Below are positions 45,501 through 58,000 of a DNA stretch of 64,000 nt, one piece after another. Origin of the DNA: Tubiluchus corallicola (Eukaryota > Animalia > Priapulida); NCBI GenBank assembly GCA_030141605.1, contig JAQGDQ010000572.1:74264-138263 (forward strand), read 5' to 3'. Below the pieces are notes generated by a model, which worked only from the letters and a program-made list of their open reading frames with translations, did not search any database and was not told the DNA's origin. The position numbers and the translations under genes were made by a program. The first letter of the stretch is position 1, and each line of letters starts with the position of its first letter.

Positions 45501-48369
45501 TGTTTCTTGCGAGAAACTAATTCATTAATGCAGTGCTAATGCATTACTTAAAAAAATAATTAGGGATTCACTGTTCACTGGGAAGTGATGCTGCCGATAG
45601 CAGCATGACCATAAAATATAATTTTAATTTGGTTTTATCTTTTTGTAATTTGCACTTAAATGAATTAATTACCGATTTATTCAAAGTACCGCATCTACAT
45701 TTGATTTACCTAAGTCACATTTGAACTTTCCTGGGTCTACATTTGATGTGTAAAACCTATACTAAATGCGGTATACTAGTGCTTGATTTTCCAGGAAAAT
45801 GAAAATGCGTGTTGTTTCGTGCTGTATATTTTGTGAACACCTTGTTTTCCAGTTTCGCGTTACTGATTTATCATATAATTATCGATTATTGTATAGTCTC
45901 TTTTTTGTTATTTTGTACGAATGTATGTCCTGATAATTATGATATAAGCGAAAACACTACTCGGCCATTAATACACCAATTTGGCAGAAAATTTGATACT
46001 TTTTAGCCTCCAACACAATCAGCATCATACAATATCTCAGCAGTTATTCAAATAATTTTTACACAGATGCATTTAACCAGATATTTATGTAGAGATTTAG
46101 GCTTTAATGTAATTTAATTCCGAGTTTTTGGAAGACCAGTAGTGCAATTTTTGTAAATCGCGTAAATTCGTTGAGAAAATTTTTACAATTTTTACATTAT
46201 TTCACAAGCTGACCGCTAGTTGGCAGGCCGTCACTTTGTTTACATCACGTACATCAGTGTAACCACGTGTATATCTCTATGTATAAAAATATAGAATCAA
46301 TTGTGCGGAATTATTTGAGTCAATTGCAGACAGTTTTTATATACTTTTGCATAGGAGCGGCCAGTACTTAGGTGTTTTTGAGACAATTAGGTATCATGTA
46401 TCCTTGATAGTTGGGTATTTTAAATTATGCATGAAGCAAGGTAACTGATATTTTAAGTCCACTTAGAGGCTCTCTATGGTAACAAAATTGCAATTTGTTT
46501 CTGCCTACGGCCTGTTTCAGAGTTTTTTTTTTGCAATTTGTCATTCTCATCCCTGTTATAATTGATAAGGAGCGTTATGGCTCTTGTTTTCATGTAAATG
46601 ATCGACTGAAAATAAATTTTTACTTAATACTGTAGCTCTGTCATGTATGATTCGAGGACTGGACAACGGTAGTTCGGTCATCGTCAAGGATTACAAAGAG
46701 GATGATCTTCCCGCAATACTGCAAGAATTCTTCAGCGAAGCTAACAATGGGGTGGAGGTTAGTATACGATCGCAATGCTGCTGTTTATAATGTATTTAAC
46801 ACGACGGTGTTCTTAGTAACTTTGATAAACTTGGAGTATGATTTCTCTTGGCTACGTATTACTAAATCCATTTCATCTAGTTTTTCAACTACCTTTGTTT
46901 GGGCTTTCAAAAACCAAATCGAAATTCCAAGCTTCGATTAAATTTTGCTCTTTCTTTGCTCTTTATTACCCAAAATATGTCCATCTAAACATAATAAGAA
47001 ATTAGTGCCAAAAAATAACACTAGCCAAAAGTCAATTTTACATAATTAAGTGTTATACTCTGCACTGTCATATTAATTATTACCCAGCTGTTATTTTAAA
47101 CTAAATTTAAGTTTTTTAAAGTAATTAGAGGATATACATACGTTATTAGCCCCAAATCATGAGCAATTGTAAACAGATAACGACAATATCTTATTAACTT
47201 ATCATGACACGTATTCACTTCACGGCAGACCTCTGACCCAGATCAAATTGATCACGTGATTAGGCCAAAAATCGCCACAAGGTGGCCAAAGCCAACAACA
47301 AGCGAAGGCTGTTAAGCACGCCAATGCAAGATTTCCAGTACATGCTTTCATTCAAATTAAAATGGCGAATAATCGAAAGATTGTGTAGATAGTTGTTCTG
47401 TCGAATTGGTCGTAAGATGACTTGCGTTCAAGTATGTTCAATTGGTGCATCTCTACACGTAAAACGTTGTGTGTGCGTGCGTGCATTAGGTATAGCGGCG
47501 CATACACAGCAGATAGCAGTTTAAAATTAATTTGCCGAAAAAGAAGAAAGAATTATGAGTTCTTATTAGTTTTGTATAACTAGTTTCGTTAAGGTGTTAA
47601 ATGTTTGGCGATGTTAAAACGAAATGTCGCTAAACAGAGTGTCGTTAAGCGAGGACTTTCTGTATTTCGAAATTTGTGTGAGCCATCTCATCTTATCTAA
47701 ACTCCACATTTTTGACATTGTGACTAAAAAATTCAACCCGAAATATAATAACTGTCGGTTGTGTGTCTGTTTGTCTGTCTGTCTGTTTATATACAGTCAA
47801 CCCCGGATATAAGGGACGCCTCGGGACCGAAAAAACGTCCCTTGTATCCGATGTCCTTTATAGCTGAAGTTGTGTCAGAACGAGGGTGTATCTAGACCTG
47901 TACTTCTCTGTATTTTTATGGATTATTGCTACACAATGCGGTATGTAGGAAGCTCCTTCAGTGATGTAAGATGTATGTGACCACGGAAACCGAGCTGTTT
48001 GAAGGCCGAGTTTGTGAAAAATTGAGGTTAAAAATCGATCAATTTCGCTTTGTCCCTTATATGTGAGGTAATTTACCTGGGTTTCTATTACTCGGACCTG
48101 AAGACGTCGTCCCTTATAACTGAAAGTCCCTTATATCCGAGTACCTTATACCCGAAGATTTTTAAATAGGAAAAACGTTACGAAAAATTGGGACCGGTGT
48201 TGGTTGTCCCTTGTAAGCAAATGTCCCTTACAAGCGAGTACCTTATACCCGATGTTGACCGTAGTACATATTTATTTTTTCTTTTTAGGGGGAAGAAGAA
48301 GGAGAGGGGGAGGATGCTGATGAAGAAGATATTGCGGGTGAGGAAGAGGAACCGGAAGAAGGGGAGTAA
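39441..48369 (+). CDS. DNPH1: 2'-deoxynucleoside 5'-phosphate N-hydrolase 1 (Rcl), whole model, ~171 aa
   Basis: join(39441-39579,42434-42496,44464-44574,46636-46757,48289-48369)=516 nt. Signatures IYFCGSIRGGR, FGTVLTEHV, VVAEVTVPSLGVGYEIG, LSCMIRG. Last exon optional: read-through stop at 46788-46790. Confidence 0.93.
39960..40210 (-). mobile_element. LINE ORF2 C-terminal remnant
   Basis: IRLNILDVKANFKNLYKGDLKCSLCQVTEDTTANVFEC resembles the degenerate terminal C-x2-C...H...C knuckle of non-LTR elements. Confidence 0.6.
40401..40878 (+). mobile_element. Tigger/pogo-like MITE
   Basis: TA|CAGTCATACCTCGGTTTTCGACCA...TGGTCGAAAACCGGGGTATGACTG|TA. Confidence 0.88.
42434..42496 (+). CDS. DNPH1: DNPH1 exon 2
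   Basis: tttgcag / T|gtaagc; DDIDEREIHDRNMKWLDQAE. Confidence 0.93.
42545..42997 (+). mobile_element. hAT MITE family F
   Basis: CAGGGATGAGAAT...ATTCTCTTCCCTG, TSD CCTTAA(A/G)G. Confidence 0.88.
43575..43893 (-). mobile_element. Kolobok-like MITE, internally deleted copy
   Basis: AGGAAAAC...GTTTTCCT with TTGA on both sides; homologous to 27455. Confidence 0.75.
44464..44574 (+). CDS. DNPH1: DNPH1 exon 3
   Basis: gctttag / T|gtaagt; VVAEVTVPSLGVGYEIGQA. Confidence 0.95.
45130..45759 (+). mobile_element. Family A MITE
   Basis: Same TIRs and TA flanks, in DNPH1 intron 3. Confidence 0.88.
46116..46555 (+). mobile_element. hAT MITE family F, left TIR missing
   Basis: Near-identical to the 42545 copy. 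Confidence 0.82.
46636..46757 (+). CDS. DNPH1: DNPH1 exon 4
   Basis: actgtag / GAG|gttagt; LSCMIRGLDNGSSVIVKDY. Confidence 0.9.
47794..48261 (+). mobile_element. Tigger/pogo-like MITE
   Basis: TA|CAGTCAACCCCGGATATAAG...CTTATACCCGATGTTGACCG|TA. Confidence 0.85.
48289..48369 (+). CDS. DNPH1: DNPH1 exon 5 (acidic tail GEEEGEGEDADEEDIAGEEEEPEEGE*)
   Basis: Long T-tract + ttttag acceptor, phase 0 matches exon 4 donor, TAA 48367-48369. Confidence 0.7.
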   Translation, partial: GEEEGEGEDADEEDIAGEEEEPEEGE

Positions 48370-50045
48370 ACTTCTAGTAATATACTAGTGTCACCGTTGT
48401 CTCGTTTTGTTTTTTAATGTGAATCCGGGAAGCTGGATGCAATACGTGGGATATTACCGAAACTGCAGCGCCATCTACGTGTTGGTGTCTTAAACGTTTC
48501 ATTCTACGAGTCAAAATACTAGTAGTGTTAAGATGTCATCAAATTGCGCTGGATTACCGGATCTGATCGAACCTGAAAACCTTTTTCTTTGTAAAATAAT
48601 TCATTTGCAAGAGCTAAAGTTGTGAAAGAAATTGCATCATTTCGGTTGAAAAACAAGTTCTGCATCGACTAACTTTCCAAAATTATGATTGTTTTGTCTT
48701 TCCTGCTTACGAAGATAAGTGGAATGTTGCAATTTATTGACGCTAGAAACGTGTCAGTATGGTAATATAGGTTCCATTATTATTGCAGCTGCCGTTAAGC
48801 AGTGTATTTCAAATTGCTGTTACTAATGTATCAAATGTACATTAATATGTAATCACTACCACAGCTAGGTATTTCGTATTTAGTCAACTGCAGCTCTTCA
48901 TCGTTCTACAAGAGATTAGTGGTAGCTGTCGCGCCCTCTGTCGAAAGAATTTTTGATAATAAACTACGTACGGGCAGCGCCCACTTTCATTAGTGCATTA
49001 TCAACACATTTGGCGTAGATAATCTACCAAAGAAGATAAAATTATAGGATTAATTGTGTAATAAATATATCGTGTGTTGTGTAACGTCTTTGCTAATGCA
49101 CATTTGTTGAGAGATGTTTCAGCTCGGTCGGTAGGTTGTATTTGCTGTCATCGTTTAGCCGTAAAATGTTAAATTTGGGGTTTGAAATGTATCTTCACAG
49201 AGTAAGGTAGCCCCAACAACATTCCAATCACTAGCGTTGAACTAAAATTACACTTTTTGACATAATTGTTGTCGTTTTTAAAGATTTTTGGTAAGGTTCT
49301 TTTCATCGCTCAAAATCCACCTTAAAATGATGTTAATTGACACTTAAAATTGATAAACTCACACACAAAGATCTCATAATCTTAAATCGTACCTTATTCT
49401 CTCGCCAGCGCGACCTTTTTCGAAATTTCTTTTTCTGGTAAAATTTAGTGGAAGAACTATATATTGTGGCAGTGATTTTATTTCCCGGCCAAATTGACCT
49501 CCTGTTTAGATTGTTATCGTTGAATGACCCACTGAAGTGTGCGCTTCCTTCCAAAAGTTATTTTCTGCATTTTCGGTCATCCTTAGCAAACGGAGATGCA
49601 CGGACGGCATTTTCTAACGTTGTAAACTTTTTGGGCAGGGATTTTAATATTACACACGTTGCCACTAAAAATATTTCACTAAAATTTGTTTTAATACTAG
49701 CAAAATCTTTTAGCAGTGGTGGAGCTCTGGATTTAGAACTTTTGAAACAGTTTAAACAATTCAACGAACATACTCGTTGAATGCCGTAACATTCTTTATG
49801 GGAATTCGTACTTTTCAGTTGCAGTATTGCAACGTGGCATCTCTTGAGCCCAAAGACACAAAGAACGCAATTAATGGAATATTTGCTATTTAGATTAAAA
49901 CAGACACTGCTGAAAAGTTATTGTGTTTCATGATAAAGGACAAATTTTCACTCACATTTATTCGCATTCGCAAAGCAACCCATACACCATAGTATGTGAT
50001 TGGGTGTGGTGATTCATTAGTGTAAGAGTTTCATTTGAAATGTAA

Positions 50046-50536
50046 AGGAAGACCGGACGATTGTTTAGACTCAATCTCATTTTAATTTACCGTACAAAAT
50101 ATGCATTTTCTCGCCTGTAAAAGTTAACAGTTGTTCCTTATATTTGAATAATTAGCTTAGAAAGGTAATTAACGGCGACCGAACACAGCTATTGCTTACG
50201 TCAGAAACTAACCACAGTTTGTGCAATGGCAGGCATCTTCCCTAGCAGATTTGCATAGGTACTGCTTAAATGCATGATGTCACGAAAAAGGGGCTTTACA
50301 TCATAACGTCAGAAACTAACATTGCAGTTCATGATCATGCTCATCACAGTACCGCCTTCTATTTATCGGCCACGTACATGTGACAAAAAGGTGCCACTGC
50401 CAGTCTTAATAGATTCATTGAGCCGCAGGCAGCTTTGAAAGCTTAAGCTTTGATTTAAAATAAGGTATTGTAGTTTTCAATATTTTAGAGCATTCTTTAT
50501 TCTGAACTTGTGTTTACGCAATCATCCGGTTTTCTT
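50046..50536 (-). mobile_element. Kolobok-like MITE copy
   Basis: Reverse-complement homology to 27455-27992; TTAA at right. Confidence 0.78.
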
Positions 50537-51199
50537 TTAAATTATGCTGCACAATTTTCTAGGTTTTAGTTTATTGCTTATGTTTTGTTGTCTAGGAGAT
50601 AGATTCATATTAAAGTGCAAAAATGTAATTTAGTTTACAAGTACTGTATCTATTTATGTCTTGTATATTTAGTTCTATTTTCTCTGTAGTTTGTGTTCAT
50701 ATGTCTTAAATATGAAGCCTGTGAACAAAGTTGCAGCTGCGTTCATGCAAAAACAGTGTAAAGTTCTACTGTGTGTTAATATTAGAAGGAAACTGTGTAG
50801 CGTTTAGTTCGTGTTTTAGTAATATTATAATAATGGAAACGATGCTGAGATGAATTGTGTTCATTTAAGTTTTTTAATGTGCAGTCGTGAAGAATTATTC
50901 AGTTGTAAAGAGTAATAGTTGCAAACTATGCCGTTCGATTATCACTGTATTTATATAATCATAGTTACTGTCAGCAGAGCAGGACTTGACTGTAGTTCGT
51001 AGAAGATTAGAATGTCAGAAATTTCAGGTATTTGCAGTTGAATACACTTACTGTCTAACGGTTATTTTGAATGGATCTCATTCAACCGTAATTCGATTTC
51101 TTTCTTGTCGTAGTTGTGGTGATATTCGATAAGTTTTACCAGATGATATTAGCTTTAGTTGATTTTGCTGCTCGATTGCACCACATGTTTGAAAGTATG

Positions 51200-51383
51200 C
51201 AGTCAAACCTTGTGGTCCCTTTTACAGTGGCCTACCTCGCTTAGCGCAAACATTTTTGGCAAAACAAGATGTCTATATTTGCATAGACATGTATGTATTA
51301 ATCCACCTCCTTAAGCTGTCAAACTCGCTTCTTGCCAGCTTTTTCTAGCGCCTCAAACTAAACAGAATAAGGAGGGTTGACTG
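51200..51383 (+). mobile_element. Small degenerate Tc1/pogo-like MITE
   Basis: CAGTCAAACCT...AGGGTTGACTG|TA. Confidence 0.5.
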
Positions 51384-51388
51384 TAGTA

Positions 51389-51738
51389 GACTATAGTATG
51401 TCTGAAAGATATTTAACCAACTGTGTTTTCCTGTAACAAAGTTATAGGTTATTTACCCATACTTTTCTTTCGCAGAATAAGAGATGTTTCAAATTCTTAT
51501 TTTGTTATTCTAAGAAATGAAACAATATAATCAGTGCAAATTTCTTCATGGGAGATTTCATTTAATTTTCAACACAGATGTAGAAAGTTGCAGTGATTGT
51601 ATTGTTTCATTTCTTAGAATAACAAAATAACATTTTGAAACATCTCTTATTCTGTGAAAGAAAAGTATGGGTAAATAACCTATAACTTCGTTACAGAAAA
51701 ACACAGTTGGTTAAATATCTTTCAGACATACCACAGTC
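51389..51738. repeat. Long palindrome / foldback element (~155-bp arms)
   Basis: GTATGTCTGAAAGATATTTAACCAACTGTG... is mirrored by ...CACAGTTGGTTAAATATCTTTCAGACATAC. Confidence 0.9.
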
Positions 51739-52496
51739 AGTAATCATTGATTTATGTTTCTTTGTACTTGAATATTCGATTTAAACTGATTCATTTTAGC
51801 CGGAGAAATATATATGTTAGCATTCTTTCATAACTTCTTTTAAGAAATACCAGTTTTCTCCTGCAGGTAGGAATCTCTGAAGTAGAACGTCTCTGTTGTT
51901 TTATCTAAATTACCAAAACAGACATTGATAGTTTTATAGCATTATACAATATGTGTATCTACTTGCCGCAAAAATAAAAGATTAGTTGGTTAAATCGTGT
52001 TTAATTGTGTTCTTTTGCTTATAATAGAGAACTTATTATGCACAAATCGTCCTTGTTTTAACAAAACCAAAAGCTCGCCTTGAGTTTTGCATCGCTGCTT
52101 GCAGGCTCATTTCGGTCATGCGTGCATCTTTTTCTATTCGTTTTACTCTCTCCTTTTCTCTGCTCTTTCTCTCCATCCCTCCCTCTTTCTATTTCTCTCA
52201 TCTTCTCTTCTTGCTCCTCTGCATCCCTTCCTCTCTCTATTTCTCTCTCCTTTGTCATTTTTTATCTCTCTCTCTCTCTCTCTCTCTTCCCCTCTACATC
52301 CCTCATTTTAGTCACTTAGCTTTGCCTTGTAGAATTTATTATTAAACCTTTAAGCTACGACTGTATGTGCACGTGATGCGTGATCCGTATTCACTCGAAC
52401 ATGATGGCTATCGTCTGAATACGCAGCAATACGAGAAATCGCTGTTGCCTAGGCGAGTTAGTGAGTTTACTACACTATTATTCCTACATTATTTCT

Positions 52497-52774
52497 GTCG
52501 TTGTTGTTGGCATCCTTCTGTCTCGGAAGACACTAGAGTGTGCGCCAAGAGAGTCAGTTATTGATCACATTGATGGAGCTGCAGTGTCGACTGTGGCTGA
52601 GCAGTGCAATCCTTGAACGTCTCCAGGGTGCACGCCTGGGCAAGGTGTATGGAGATCCTGAGTTGCCCAGACAACAGGAAACCCCTCTCTTCCTCCCTGG
52701 CGTAGTTCAAAGGAAAGTGGAGCGATACGTGTGGCAACAGGTTGGCTACAGGAGCTGCCGGAGTCAGTGAGCAA
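52497..52774 (-). mobile_element. 5'-truncated copy of the same retroposon
   Basis: Reverse-complement match; 9-bp TSD ATTATTTCT at 52488-52496 and 52775-52783. Confidence 0.8.
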
Positions 52775-52987
52775 ATTATTTCTACACTCACATTTTACTA
52801 TCTTTCAAACAGCGACCAAAAATGGCGGAAAGGCCGTGACATTTGTTAATACGCATGACGTTCACTGACACATGGAAACACATCAGCATCTGATCAGAAC
52901 ACAGTATTGTGCCATTGTCGACATCAATTGTTCGAACAATTTTCTCTATTGAAATGACTTAGCCATAAAAAAATCGATCATATCTTG

Positions 52988-53390
52988 CAGGGCTGGCCTT
53001 AGGTAACTGGAGGCCCCAGGCGAAGTGAATTTGGTGGCAAATGAAATAGAAAAATAAAAAATAAATACGAAAAAAATAAATTACGCAATTTATTAAAAAC
53101 TACCTGTATTTATATCTAAATCAACAAATACCTGAAATTTATACAAACATGTTCGGGCAGATGTCATAAACCTTCAAAGAGAGAGAGAGGAGAAAGAGAA
53201 AGAAAGAGATAGGGACAGAGAGAGGAGAAAGAAACAAAGAGAGAGAGGAGAAAGAGAAACAAAAAGAAAGAGAGAGAGATGAGGCAGCATGTTCGCATAA
53301 AGCAAGAAAAATGTTACCTGGGCATGAGGCCCCCTGGAGGGTGAGGCCCTAGGCGGTTGCCTAGTTTGCCTATGCTTAAGGCCGGCCCTG
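52988..53390 (+). mobile_element. MITE with CAGGGC TIRs
   Basis: CAGGGCTGGCCTTA...TAAGGCCGGCCCTG, 7-bp direct repeat TATCTTG; internal (GA)-rich tract. Confidence 0.8.
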
Positions 53391-54074
53391 TATCTTGGAC
53401 AGAAATCATTTGTCAAAAAGGGAGCCTTTAGCAGCCACCCTTCAAAAGACGACGATCAAAACTATATAAAAAACTGCTGTGCGCGATTTAGCGTGGACAT
53501 GTACACATAAGTGAACATGACTTTTGCTCCATTATTAATACATGCAGATGGTACCACTAGTTGAAATTTATTATTTCTTGCAAACATAATCCCTGTAATA
53601 TGATACAGTCATATCTCAGTTTGCAGATCTCGTTTTTACGGATATCGGAAAATTCGGACAAAATCTGATCAGTTAAAAAGTCCCTCATACTGCTGACACA
53701 GTTCGTTGTTTCATGAGTTGACTGGTACTTGGCGGCTGTTTACATGCAAGCAACGTGTAACAACACGTATGTAGCTTGTATACGTGTAACAGCACGTATG
53801 ACCTAGAATGTCAGCATGTTCAAGTGGTTCAATCTGCGTGCGTGAGTAGTTTAGAGCCAATTATGCGGAGTTATATGAGTCAATTGCCGACAGCTTTTAT
53901 AATCTTTTGTATAGGAGCGGCCCGTACTAGACGTTTTGAGACAATTAGGTGATTGATTCTACATTACCATGAGTCTAATACACGACGCCTACTGCATTAG
54001 CTTAGTATTGGAAAATGCGGACACATGGCAAATTCGGACCGACCACTTTTATTCAGTGTGAGTGTATAAGCTAA

Positions 54075-54846
54075 CACGAGTGAAAACACCAAACAGTGAA
54101 AACAGAAGCCATTTAATTGTCACCACATCACACGAGTGAAGACACCAAACAGCGAAAACAGAAGCCATTTAATTGTCACCACATCACACGAGTGAAGACA
54201 CCAAACAGTGAAAAAAGAAGCCATTTAATTGTCACAACACGACTGAAAACACCAAACAGTGAAAACAGAAGCCATTTAATTGTCACCACACCACACGAGT
54301 GAAGACACCAAATAGTGAAAACAGAAGCCATTTAATTGTTACCACACCACACGACTGAAGACACCAAATAGTGAAAACAGAAGCCATTTAATTGTTACCA
54401 CACCACACGACTGAAGACACCAAACAGTGAAAACAGAAGCCATTTAATTGTCACCACACCACACGAGTGAAGACACCAAATAGTGAAAACAGAAGCCATT
54501 TAATTGTTACCACACCACACGACTGAAGACACCAAACAGTGAAAACAGAAGCCATTTAATTGTTACCACACCACACGACTGAAGACACCAAACAGTGAAA
54601 ACAGAAGCCATTTAATTGTCACCACACCACACGAGTGAAGACACCAAACAGTGAAAAAAGAAGCCATTTAATTGTCACAACACGACTGAAAACACCAAAC
54701 AGTGAAAACAGAAGCCATTTAATTGTCACCACACCACACGAGTGAAGACACCAAACAGTGAAAAGAGAAGCCATTTAATTGTCACCACACCACATGACTG
54801 AAAACACCAAACAGTGAAAAGAGAAGCCATTTAATTGTTACCACAC
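54075..54846. repeat. 56-bp minisatellite, ~14 copies, just downstream of the PES1 stop
   Basis: CACGAGTGAAGACACCAAACAGTGAAAACAGAAGCCATTTAATTGTCACCACACCA. Confidence 0.96.
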
Positions 54847-54934
54847 TATTTTCTTTACAATATTCTAACACATCGGACATAACTGCATGAAAAATCAAAC
54901 AAATTTTATGCATAAAATAATGTCCAAGACAATT

Positions 54935-55012
54935 TCAGGCAGCCATGTTTTTCTTTTTTCTTTTCCTCTCCGCTTTCTCGTGCTGTTTCCTCTTCTCTGT
55001 TAGCTTAACAGC
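54935..55012 (-). CDS. PES1: PES1 terminal exon ([25 protein letters not shown])
   Basis: ttttatag acceptor, phase 0, TGA at 54937-54935. Confidence 0.9.
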   Translation of the reverse strand, partial: AVKLTEKRKQHEKAERKRKKKNMAA

Positions 55013-58000
55013 CTATAAAACAAAAACAACAATTACATTGTGAATTTTCCAAACCTATTACGATATTATATTTCGCGAGCAGTCAGTCTAGATCATGTGC
55101 AAACCTTCTTTGCAACAACAGCCGGCCAGATAGAAACACTTAGGAACTGGACAGACGCCTTCAAAATGGACACTTTTACTTCCTTCATCAGCATTTGATA
55201 AATAGCTGATACATGTATAATAATTCCACTTAGTTTAAGTAATTTATAGTTGTACAGCAGTAAGGTGCCACATTGCTGCTAAAGTCGGCATGATAATTTA
55301 TATGTTAATTTACTAAATATAGAGAAACAACACTTAACCCTTTCACTCCCAAATTATTTTTTAATAAGAAAATATTTTTGGCTTGGTACTTTTGTTCAGT
55401 ATGTCCATCTTGTTTACACATAATAATTTTTTTCTACCTGTGCCCGCGTGCTAAATATAGCCTGTATCCCACGGGATACATTGGGATTCAATAGAAGCGT
55501 CAAATGTGCTTCATTTTGCAACTGTTGATACTTTTTTAAAGTATTTAAGACATTTAGTAAGCATGCTATGTTGATCTGTACAAAGTCGTCTCTAAAGTAC
55601 TGTACCTTGCACAGTTTTTTATGCTATGTAGATTTTCTAGTTTGCCATTTTATCACCATTTTTAGTCTATTGTTATTGGCTTAAATCAAAATAACTATTA
55701 ACAGATCAAATAACTGTCCGTTTTAAAATTTTATTAATTTTAAAGGCAGAAAATATTCTCGTATCCCACGGGATACAACGGGTATGAAAGGGTTAATGGT
55801 ACTGAGAGTCTGACAAAGGAACAGAGCAGGGTAAACGAAAGGTATAAAGGAAAAACCAAGTAATGCAGCAAAAATGCACAGTATAACACAGGTATTGCTG
55901 TAGGTATAATAATATTATACTATTTATAACACATTAAAATTAACTAAGAAACAAAATAGAGGTTACAGACTGGACTGGTTTTTGCTAACCTATGAACTAT
56001 GAATTTTATTTCACACATCAAAAAATACAATATCAAACACATTAATAAACTTTAAATAAAATGATTTGAGTAGTGCGAGGTGAGTGTATGACCATACGGT
56101 CATTAACACACTCACCTTACTTAAATGAAAAAATGATTATAGTTATGCATGCTTCTGTAGATAACTTAATGTAAATAAGGATAAAGTAAATGATGTAATA
56201 ATTTGAGTAGTGCGAGGTGAGTGTACGACCATACGGTCATTAACACACTCACCTTACTTAAATGAAAAAATGATTATAGTTATGCATGCTTCTGTAGATA
56301 ACTTAATGTAAATAAGGATAAAGTAAATGATGTAATAATTTGAGTAGTGCGAGGTGAGTGTACGACCATACGGTCATTAACACACTCACCTTACTTAAAT
56401 GAAAAAATGATTATAGTTATGCATGCTTCTGTAGATAACTTAGTGTAAATAAGGATGAAGTAAATGATGTAATGATTTGAGTAGTGCGAGGTGAGTGTAC
56501 GACCATACGGTCATTAACACACTCACCTTACTTAAATGAAAAAATGATTATAGTTATGCATGCTTCTGTAGATAACTTAATGTAAATAAGGATGAAGTAA
56601 ATGATGTAATAATTTGAGTAGTGCGAGGTGAGTGTACGACCATACGGTCATTAACACACTCACCTTACTTAAATGAAAAAATGATTATAGTTATGCATGC
56701 TTCTGTAGATAACTTAATGTAAATAAGGATGAAGTAAATGATGTAATAATTTGAGTAGTGCGAGGTGAGTGTACGACCATACGGTCATTAACACACTCAC
56801 CTTACTTAAATGAAAAAATGATTATAGTTATGCATGCTTCTGTAGATAACTTAATGTAAATAAGGATGAAGTAAATGATGTAATAATTTGAGTAGTGCGA
56901 GGTGAGTGTACGACCATACGGTCATTAACACACTCACCTTACTTAAATGAAAAAATGATTATAGTTATGCATGCTTCTGTAGATAACTTAATGTAAATAA
57001 GGATGAAGTAAATGATGTAATAATTTGAGTAGTGCGAGGTGAGTGTACGACCATACGGTCATTAACACACTCACCTTACTTAAATGAAAAAATGATTATA
57101 GTTATGCATGCTTCTGTAGATAACTTAATGTAAATAAGGATGAAGTAAATGATGTAATAATTTGAGTAGTGCGAGGTGAGTGTACGACCATACGGTCATT
57201 AACACACTCACCTTACTTAAATGAAAAAATGATTATAGTTATGCATGCTTCTGTAGATAACTTAATGTGAATAAGGATGAAGTAAATGATGTAATAATTT
57301 GAGCAGTGCGAGGTGAGTGTACGACCATACGGTCATTAACACACTCACCTTACTTAAATGAAAAAATGATTATAGTTATGCATGCTGCTGTAGATAACTT
57401 AATGTAAATAAGGATGAAGTAAATGATGTAATAATTTGAGTAGTGCGAGGTGAGTGTACGACCATACGGTCATTAACACACTCACCTTACTTAAATGAAA
57501 AAATGATTATAGTTATGCATGCTTCTGTAGATAACTTAATGTAAATAAGGATGAAGAGAGAAAAGGTACAAGAGCAAAAAACCTGAAAGTTGAGAAAGGA
57601 AAACATAATATGTAATTACGACTTTGAGTGAGCCTTAAAGAGTGAAATTTTTTTTTAAAGAGTTACGAATATGAATTATGAGATTATCTGTCAATGTGCC
57701 ACATACTTGTATTACAATGCACCATATTGCTTACTTGTATATACAATGATATATATATATATACACACACACATATATATATATACCCAAATTTAAGTGG
57801 GGGAGAAGAGATTAAATTATACATTATACTTGTAGTAATAACTATAATTGTATAGAACATTTAAATATAATTGATGGTAGTAATGTAGTAACCCCGCTAT
57901 AGCGCTATACTCAGTGGCTTCCCAGAGCTGGCGTTACGACAAGGTTTCACCGTAGTAAAAGTTACCCTTATATAGTGTTCCCTCACTTATCGCAGGTGTT

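Noticed and set aside
52058-52345. Low-complexity ORFs (S/L/F- or E/R-rich), also 53174-53416 and 30369-30771
   Set aside because: Translations of (CT)n/(GA)n tracts and minisatellites
56064-57556. CRISPR array or snoRNA cluster
   Set aside because: Units are near-identical along their whole length (no unique spacers), no cas genes, eukaryotic context; no C/D box pair found
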